Part shown: positions 31,852 to 37,460 of the stretch, one piece after another
How the letters are laid out: every line of letters starts with the position of its first letter
Numbering within the stretch: position 1 is the first letter of the stretch
The notes under the pieces: generated by a model
Told to the model about the DNA's origin: nothing
The model's input: only the letters and a program-made list of their open reading frames with translations
Databases searched by the model: none
Translations under genes and position numbers: made by a program
Source of the DNA: Armatimonadota bacterium
Lineage (GTDB): Bacteria > Armatimonadota > UBA5829 > DTLH01
Length of the DNA: 37,460 nt
Reading direction: 5' to 3'
Assembly: GCA_039679675.1 (NCBI GenBank)
Contig: JBDKUN010000057.1
Location: 1 to 37,460, forward strand

Positions 31852-32805
31852 ATGCCACTCGTAACCAGTAAAGAGATGCTGCAGCGAGCCCAGTCCGAAG
31901 GCTATGCAGTCGGCGCGTTCAACGCAAACAATATGGAATGCGTGCAAGCTGTCATCGAGACAGCCGAAGAGGAGAAATCCCCGGTTATCCTTCAGGTCAG
32001 CCAGGGCGCTATCGCCTACGCAGGACTTGAGTTCGCAACAAGCCTTGTAAAGACTGCTGCAGAGCTCGCCAGCGTTCCGGTAGTCCTTCACCTGGACCAC
32101 GGCACGGACTTCCTGCAGAACGTCCGATGCCTCCGCGCCGGATTCTCCAGCCTTATGTTCGACGGCTCATCACTCCCGCTCGACGAGAACATCAAGACTA
32201 CACGCAAGATCACTGAGATCGCCCATGCGTGCGGTATCCCCGTCGAGTCCGAGCTCGGTAAGATTCCGAAGATCGAGGACAATCTGACCCAGCAGCAGGT
32301 CGTAGACCTCTTCGCCGACCCGGAGCAGGCAGAGAGATTCGTTGAGGAAACTCAGTGCGACTCACTCGCAGCCGCCATCGGCAGCGTTCACGGTATGAAG
32401 GAAAGCATCCAGCCGCTCAACATCGAGAGACTTGATGAGATAAAACGCCGCACCGGCGTTCCGATAGTCCTTCATGGCGCATCCGGTGTCCTTTGCACCA
32501 GGGGAGACGCTTCCGAGAGAGGTATCAAGCTCTCATCCTGTGAAGGAACCATCGAAGACGCGATCAAGCACGGCGTATCGAAGATCAACGTTGCAACAGA
32601 GCTCAGCATGGCATTCCTCAGAGGTATGAAGGAAGCTTTCGAGCAGAGACCGGGTGAGAAGGATATGCGCAAGATCATGCTGCCCGGTAAAAACGCGGTC
32701 AAGGACGTTGTACGCTACTACATCAAGCTCTTCGGATCAAACGGCAAGGGCGTAAGCACCTGCACAAGCGGTCTCACCAAAAGCGAGATCAAATATCACG
32801 AGTAA
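31852..32805 (+). CDS. fba: Class II fructose-bisphosphate aldolase (tagatose-bisphosphate aldolase not excluded)
   Basis: YAVGAFN, LHLDHG, MFDGS, ESELG, IGSVHG, VLHGASG, KINVAT. Confidence 0.9.
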   Translation: MPLVTSKEMLQRAQSEGYAVGAFNANNMECVQAVIETAEEEKSPVILQVSQGAIAYAGLEFATSLVKTAAELASVPVVLHLDHGTDFLQNVRCLRAGFSSLMFDGSSLPLDENIKTTRKITEIAHACGIPVESELGKIPKIEDNLTQQQVVDLFADPEQAERFVEETQCDSLAAAIGSVHGMKESIQPLNIERLDEIKRRTGVPIVLHGASGVLCTRGDASERGIKLSSCEGTIEDAIKHGVSKINVATELSMAFLRGMKEAFEQRPGEKDMRKIMLPGKNAVKDVVRYYIKLFGSNGKGVSTCTSGLTKSEIKYHE

Positions 32806-32820
32806 GACGTAGATATATGT

Positions 32821-32854
32821 ATGAGGGGTGGGGAAACTCATCCCTCATTTTGTT
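32821..32854 (+). terminator. Intrinsic terminator after fba
   Basis: ATGAGGGGTGGG-GAAA-CTCATCCCTCAT followed by a T-run. Confidence 0.6.
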
Positions 32855-32867
32855 AAAAGCCACTATT

Positions 32868-33800
32868 ATGATCACAACAGTTACCATTAATCCCGCATTT
32901 GATAAAACCATCTATGTCTATGGCCTCAAGGTCGGAGATACCAACCGCGTCGAAAAGACAGAGGTGGACGCAGGCGGCAAAGGGATCAATGCCTCGCGGA
33001 TGCTGGCCGAACTCGGAGCGGAAACGGCAGCTCTGGGATTTGTCGGCGGGCGCACCGGAAGGTTTATTGAAACCGTCCTAAACGAAGATGGGATCAAGTC
33101 CGATTTCGTCCACACGAAGGCCGAAACGCGCACCAATATCGCCATAGAAGACCTTGGAGGCGTTCCCCCGACGACTATCAACGAAAAGGGCGGGCCCATC
33201 ACACCCGAAGAACTGGAACATCTGAAGGAAAAGGTCAAACACTGGGCGAAGAAAAGCCGGATAATGGTCTTCGGTGGGAGCATACCGCTCGAAGTTGAAC
33301 CCGCAGTATACCGCGACCTGGCGCACATCGCTCAAGCTGAAGGAGCGAAGGTAATTCTGGACGCAGACAATAAGGCTCTGGAACTCGGCATAGAAGCACA
33401 TCCGATGATGATCAAGCCGAATCTTGACGAAGCAGAGCGGTTGTGCGGCAGAGCGCTGAAAGACGTATCGGATGTCGCTGATGCGGCGATGAGCCTGGTT
33501 AATAACCAGGGGCTGGAAGTAGTCGTTGTGTCGATGGGCAGCCGTGGCGCAATAGCCGCAACACATGGCGAAGTCTGGCAGGCGATACCGCCGGAGGTCG
33601 AGGCGATCAGCACGGTGGGTTCCGGGGACTCGATGGTCGCTGGAATAGCTATTGCACTTGCCGATAGAAAACCGCTTTCGGAAGGGCTTGCGCTCGGCAC
33701 GGCAGCAGGCGCAGCTACCGCGATGAGCTCCGGGGTCGAGATGGGCAAGAAAGAAGATGTTGACCGGCTGCTGCCTAAAGTTGTTTTAAAGAGGATTTAG
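32868..33800 (+). CDS. PfkB-family 1-phosphofructokinase / hexose-phosphate kinase
   Basis: TVTINPAFD, GGKGINAS, ETRTNI, IKPNLDE, STVGSGDSMVAG. Confidence 0.92.
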   Translation: MITTVTINPAFDKTIYVYGLKVGDTNRVEKTEVDAGGKGINASRMLAELGAETAALGFVGGRTGRFIETVLNEDGIKSDFVHTKAETRTNIAIEDLGGVPPTTINEKGGPITPEELEHLKEKVKHWAKKSRIMVFGGSIPLEVEPAVYRDLAHIAQAEGAKVILDADNKALELGIEAHPMMIKPNLDEAERLCGRALKDVSDVADAAMSLVNNQGLEVVVVSMGSRGAIAATHGEVWQAIPPEVEAISTVGSGDSMVAGIAIALADRKPLSEGLALGTAAGAATAMSSGVEMGKKEDVDRLLPKVVLKRI

Positions 33801-34214
33801 GGATGGAATTGGTGGAGAGTGTGCTTCGGGACGAACTGCGGTCCCGAAGCATAGGGTTTCTGTCCACCTACGGTGGACGCTTCGGCAGCAAGCAGTCCGA
33901 AGCAACTGAAGTTGGACTACCACAACGTCATGCTGAGCTTGACTCAGCATCCAGGAAAAGAATGGACCCTGAATCTATGGATTTTCGGCTAGGGCTTATC
34001 CGCAAAGTGGATAAGCCCTAGCCGAAAATCTTCCGGGAGAGTTTCAGGTATACCTGAAACTCCTTAGTTCAGGGTGACGTCGGTCTGTTCGGGGTGACGT
34101 GGTAGTTGTTCAGGATGACATCCTTACTGATAGCTTTATTATGCTTCGGGATCGCTTTTCATCCTACCCCGTGGACCCACTGGACCACGGGGAGAAGCAC
34201 GATTCTCCGCCAAT
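33792..34214. repeat. Composite REP-like palindromic cluster, copy B (expanded, with inverted terminal unit)
   Basis: Matches 1148-1363 with extra hairpins, three tandem GTTCRGGRTGAC ends (34067, 34087, 34108) and an inverted, interrupted copy of the first unit at 34140-34214. Confidence 0.9.
34164..34194. repeat. 31-bp hairpin repeat (second copy at 37399-37429)
   Basis: CTACCCCGTGGACCCACTGGACCACGGGGAG vs CTACCCCGTGGACCCACCGGACCACGGGGAG, 30/31 identical, direct orientation. Confidence 0.9.
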
Positions 34215-34233
34215 CTCTTCTGTTCTCTACATT

Positions 34234-34491
34234 ATGGCACGTCTAAAAGTACGCGTAACCCCTAGAGGGTCCAAAGAAATGGTGATCGGCTGGCGTGAAG
34301 ACACGCTGGTCGTCAAACTGACCGCTCCGCCCGTGGAAGGAGCGGCAAACCGCGCATGCGTCGAATTCCTCGCAAAAACCCTCGGCGTGAAACGGTCTCA
34401 AGTCACCCTTATTTCCGGCGAAAAGAGCCGCGACAAGCTCTTCGAGATAGACGGGCTGGACGAGACCGAGATCAAATCACTCATCAAATAG
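34234..34491 (+). CDS. DUF167/YggU (UPF0235) family protein
   Basis: LKVRVTPRG, LTAPPVEGAAN, LISGEKSRDK. Confidence 0.92.
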   Translation: MARLKVRVTPRGSKEMVIGWREDTLVVKLTAPPVEGAANRACVEFLAKTLGVKRSQVTLISGEKSRDKLFEIDGLDETEIKSLIK

Positions 34492-34547
34492 CATTTTTGA
34501 CTTCAATTGATGACCCTTGAGAGCAAAGACAGAAACATACAGTATTA

Positions 34548-34576
34548 TTGACAAGCAACCAAGCTTCGGATATACT
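34548..34576 (+). promoter_or_regulatory. Near-consensus sigma70 promoter heading the cassette-like array
   Basis: TTGACA-N17-TATACT. Confidence 0.75.
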
Positions 34577-34660
34577 GCGACTGAACTTCCATAGTAATAT
34601 GAGCCCTATTACAACTGTGACACCCATGGCTATACTCCGCTGCAATGGAACTTCCAGGCC

Positions 34661-34705
34661 GTGGAGAGAATGGGGGCTTCGGCGCAAAAATCGCGCCCGA
34701 AGCAT
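34661..34705 (+). repeat. Array palindrome 1
   Basis: GTGGAGA...GCTTCGGCGCAAAAATCGCGCCCGAAGCAT. Confidence 0.85.
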
Positions 34706-34839
34706 CTAAAAATAGACTGATTAACATCAATAAATGTTGTTTGGTTGCTATACACAGACAAATGTATAATTATCGTAAGTACAATGCGTACAGTTAATCC
34801 TGTTTAGGTGCCCTGTTGAACATCAATTGGAGGGGAACG

Positions 34840-35241
34840 ATGAACATGGTGCAACAAGTGCTAATTAAAACTACCGTAAGGGTAATCATAGTAATTATAG
34901 TCGGTATATTAATTGCAATGTATTGGCGAGTCGATTGGGATTTAACACGTGCTGGTAGATTAGCCTTTATGCTATCTGATACTGCAATACCGGTAATGCG
35001 TGAATCTGCAATTGAGAATAAGCCATTAGATTTACGAAATATCTGGCCTGAGGCAAGTTCAGCGAACTACTTTAAATTTAGCGCGCATGGATTGAATTGT
35101 TCTGTTACTCAACAGTGTAGTAAAGAACCGAATATACGCATTGTCATTGGGCAACAGCCTATAATAGTAAAGCATGTTATCGCATCTCCTGACGGACTAG
35201 TATCAATTAAAATGAGGGTAACATGGCGAATATTGTATTAA
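34840..35241 (+). CDS. Hypothetical protein with N-terminal membrane anchor (AT-rich)
   Basis: RBS GGAGGGG, N-terminal hydrophobic helix; no recognisable family. Confidence 0.6.
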   Translation: MNMVQQVLIKTTVRVIIVIIVGILIAMYWRVDWDLTRAGRLAFMLSDTAIPVMRESAIENKPLDLRNIWPEASSANYFKFSAHGLNCSVTQQCSKEPNIRIVIGQQPIIVKHVIASPDGLVSIKMRVTWRILY

Positions 35242-35579
35242 TCAATTCCATTCAAATACTAATATTGACTATATGCATTATATGTGTTTGCAGATTTGCA
35301 AATCTTAGCCAGCACTATAAATCAATAAAAAACGCTAGTATATCATATGTGCTAATGATTTATACTATTGGGTTATGGGCAGCGAGATGGGATATAAGTT
35401 GGTTATTACGATACGGGCCTTTTGGCCCTGGCAATATACGATACCTAGCGATCTCATCCTTCCTTTTTATCGCGCTACTTTTTAATTTTCGTATTTCAAT
35501 AAGGACAATAATTATTATTGTTACAATATCACATGGAATATTGGCAATAACGGGATTGTTATTAACAGCTATAATTTAG
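35223..35579 (+). CDS. Hypothetical small polytopic membrane protein (AT-rich)
   Basis: About 4 hydrophobic segments, RBS GAGGG; the stop lies immediately before a half copy of the array palindrome. Confidence 0.6.
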   Translation: MANIVLINSIQILILTICIICVCRFANLSQHYKSIKNASISYVLMIYTIGLWAARWDISWLLRYGPFGPGNIRYLAISSFLFIALLFNFRISIRTIIIIVTISHGILAITGLLLTAII

Positions 35580-35580
35580 A

Positions 35581-35592
35581 TGCTTCGGCGCG
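35581..35592 (+). repeat. Array palindrome 2 (left half only)
   Basis: TGCTTCGGCGCG starts 2 nt after the TAG of the preceding ORF; the right arm is absent. Confidence 0.6.
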
Positions 35593-35692
35593 AGCTTTGG
35601 GAGTGTTTAGAAACCCCTAATCAGTCATCTTAGTGGCAAAATCGGGGTGATCAAATAATGTGGGAATGAAACGCGGAGAAGGTGAGACACGC

Positions 35693-36364
35693 ATGCGGGT
35701 TCCTGTGAAGTTTTTTATAGCGGCTATTTTGGCTTTGACGTGCATGTTTGCAGGCTGTACGCACCAGAATGGCAGCTCCACCAAGTCCACCGCACACCAG
35801 CCTCCAGCGTCACGCGTTGTTTTATACCGGTGGGGACTCAAAACAGGACTGGTCGAGGTTGATCTACGCACCGGAAGCCTGAAGGCTATGGGTATGCTTC
35901 CTCACGACTCAACAACTTCTGTTGACGAGGACAAGGGGGCTGCCGTTCTCAAAGCACAGCTTTCTGCAGAGGATGTACGCTTGCTGAGAGCCAGTATCGA
36001 CAGCGCTAACCTCTTTGGATTTAGCCCAAAATACTCTTCGTTTAAAGATGCTTTGGCAGATTCGGACACGGCTGAACTGACACCTGGTTATGTTGCAGAC
36101 TGGGAAACCAGTACGCTGTCGATTCACTGGACGGGATCGGTCCCTCCGACGGTACTTAAGATTCCTCCAACCCCTCTCCGTTCACGATTACCAAAGGACT
36201 TACAAAGGAAGTATGCAGGGACTGTTGATGTTGCGAATATGCTTGATCACCTCGTGGTAAAGTACCGTGTAGGCGGACAGGTCCACATCATAACGAAGAA
36301 AGAAGCTGACGAGATGCATAACGCACTGGATTGGGCTTCGGAACATGGGTTGCCCAGCTGGTGA
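35693..36364 (+). CDS. Hypothetical lipoprotein
   Basis: MRVPVKFFIAAILALTCMFAG-C lipobox, Ser/Thr tether; RBS AAGGTGA. Confidence 0.75.
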   Translation: MRVPVKFFIAAILALTCMFAGCTHQNGSSTKSTAHQPPASRVVLYRWGLKTGLVEVDLRTGSLKAMGMLPHDSTTSVDEDKGAAVLKAQLSAEDVRLLRASIDSANLFGFSPKYSSFKDALADSDTAELTPGYVADWETSTLSIHWTGSVPPTVLKIPPTPLRSRLPKDLQRKYAGTVDVANMLDHLVVKYRVGGQVHIITKKEADEMHNALDWASEHGLPSW

Positions 36365-36365
36365 C

Positions 36366-36408
36366 GTGGAATGTTTCGGCGCAAAAATCACGTGCCGAAG
36401 TATACAAT
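36366..36408 (+). repeat. Array palindrome 3
   Basis: GTGGAATGTTTCGGCGCAAAAATCACGTGCCGAAGTATACAAT, right after a stop codon. Confidence 0.85.
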
Positions 36409-36432
36409 CCCTATATGCGAGAGGTGCAATGA

Positions 36433-36774
36433 ATGAAGCACAGAATATTCCTTATTATAATCGCAATAGCAATACTGGTGTTATCTATCCAGATGTGTCT
36501 GTTGAGCGTAGCCCAAAGCCGAAATGATTGGTTGTGGAAGGTTCAACTTGTAGGGCAGCAAGGAAAAACTGAAGCTGATGTAAGGTACTGGCTGGGCAAA
36601 CCATATGAGGAGCTTTCCCCGAAAAAGATAGGTAAAGGTCATAACAAACTGCAGTTTCCTCCTAATACTAAAAAGGTTCTTTTGTACGGAAGAGGAATTG
36701 TCAATATATGGGATGTTTATTTCTTCATTGGCCCAGATGGTGAAGTACTAGGATTTCAGAGTTTCCTTACTTAG
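36433..36774 (+). CDS. Small exported protein with SmpA/OmlA(BamE)-like motif
   Basis: Signal/anchor helix; GKTEADVRYWLGKP...VYFFIGPDGEV; RBS GAGGTG. Confidence 0.7.
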   Translation: MKHRIFLIIIAIAILVLSIQMCLLSVAQSRNDWLWKVQLVGQQGKTEADVRYWLGKPYEELSPKKIGKGHNKLQFPPNTKKVLLYGRGIVNIWDVYFFIGPDGEVLGFQSFLT

Positions 36775-36784
36775 TGAATTGAAA

Positions 36785-36819
36785 TGCATCGGCGCAAAAA
36801 CTGCGCTGAAGCATACAAT
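36785..36819 (+). repeat. Array palindrome 4
   Basis: TGCATCGGCGCAAAAACTGCGCTGAAGCATACAAT, 10 nt after a stop and immediately before the RBS AAGGAG. Confidence 0.85.
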
Positions 36820-36832
36820 AAGGAGCTGAGAA

Positions 36833-37141
36833 ATGGACAACCTATCCTATGTAGAACTTGGGGCGTCTGTCGTGACACTGGTTCTTGCGGCACTGTATGC
36901 TTCCACAACACGTGGAAAAATACCGGAGGTGAAGAGGCTTCATATCTTCCGGGGGTTCGTCTGTCTGTCGATTGCTTTTGCGTCCCTCGGAACAAGCCAC
37001 ATTGCGAGAAACTCCCACTGGTTGGCGGGAACACTGGTGTTCTTTATTGCTGCGATTATAATAGGATTGCCCGGTGCGGTATTGATCTTGCGCGGGATTC
37101 TGGCACCGCCCAAAGGAGCTGTACCGACAGATAAGTGGTAA
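36833..37141 (+). CDS. Hypothetical 3-TM membrane protein
   Basis: Strong RBS AAGGAG, three hydrophobic segments. Confidence 0.7.
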   Translation: MDNLSYVELGASVVTLVLAALYASTTRGKIPEVKRLHIFRGFVCLSIAFASLGTSHIARNSHWLAGTLVFFIAAIIIGLPGAVLILRGILAPPKGAVPTDKW

Positions 37142-37371
37142 ATGTCATGCGAATATTACGATTATTCTCGCTGATTTGCTTGTTGTGGTTGTTTTACAGC
37201 CAAACGCTAGCTGTGGTCGGCTTATGGCATGTTGAGTCAGATGTTGGGGGAACTGTTCGGTTCGCAAGAGATGGGGCGAATATTCCGGCGACTCTTTGAG
37301 CCTGCCGGCATAGGAACAATCACTCCTTTGGCTCTAAGTAACATCCTGTCTTAATGGCAGACCAGCTTGAT

Positions 37372-37451
37372 GTAGTGGCCGGTCTCCGTGCCGGCCATCT
37401 ACCCCGTGGACCCACCGGACCACGGGGAGTTCTGCAAGAGCCGGACTCTAC
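37372..37451. repeat. GTAG-tagged REP-like unit with embedded 31-bp hairpin
   Basis: GTAG-TGGCCGG-N8-CCGGCCA (37372-97), then the 31-bp hairpin (37399-37429), ending in CTAC (37448-51). Confidence 0.7.
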
Positions 37452-37460
37452 CCATGGCTG

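Noticed and set aside
34661..36819. CRISPR array interpretation of the ~30-bp palindromic direct repeats
   Set aside because: The intervening segments are roughly 400-900 bp and contain whole ORFs; the repeats are divergent; no cas genes.
34661..36819. Classical integron attC sites
   Set aside because: No RYYYAAC/GTTRRRY core boxes, the sites are too short, and there is no intI in the window.
37147..37299. 50-codon ORF with hydrophobic N-terminus after the last cassette ORF
   Set aside because: Short, weak RBS, no preceding palindrome; possibly a frameshifted remnant but not supportable.

Overview
A bacterial chromosomal window, mostly moderately GC-rich. It is probably from an anaerobic Armatimonadota-like organism; this is inferred from the DUF1559-type prepilin protein, the DUF6785-type membrane protein and the style of the giant secreted protein. 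About 1-34.5 kb is housekeeping and carbohydrate metabolism: a siroheme-route heme cluster (cobA/hemD-ahbC-hemB), ligA, an RsbW-like gene with a SigB-type promoter, a PrsA-like foldase, GH78 and GH20 glycosidases, a divergent prs, argB, an FAD/Fe-S oxidoreductase, a 1.6k-aa secreted multidomain protein, hpf, fba, a pfkB-family kinase and yggU. The most unusual part is 33.8-37.46 kb. It starts with a nested cluster of REP-like palindromes (a second copy lies inside the heme operon). A near-consensus sigma70 promoter follows, then a run of short, partly AT-rich, co-oriented membrane/secreted/lipoprotein ORFs. Most of these are separated by the same ~30-bp palindrome (TGCTTCGGCGCAAAAA..GCG.CCGAAGCAT). 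The layout resembles an integron cassette array, but the sites are not attC and there is no integrase in the window. No rRNA, tRNA, CRISPR array or transposase gene was found.
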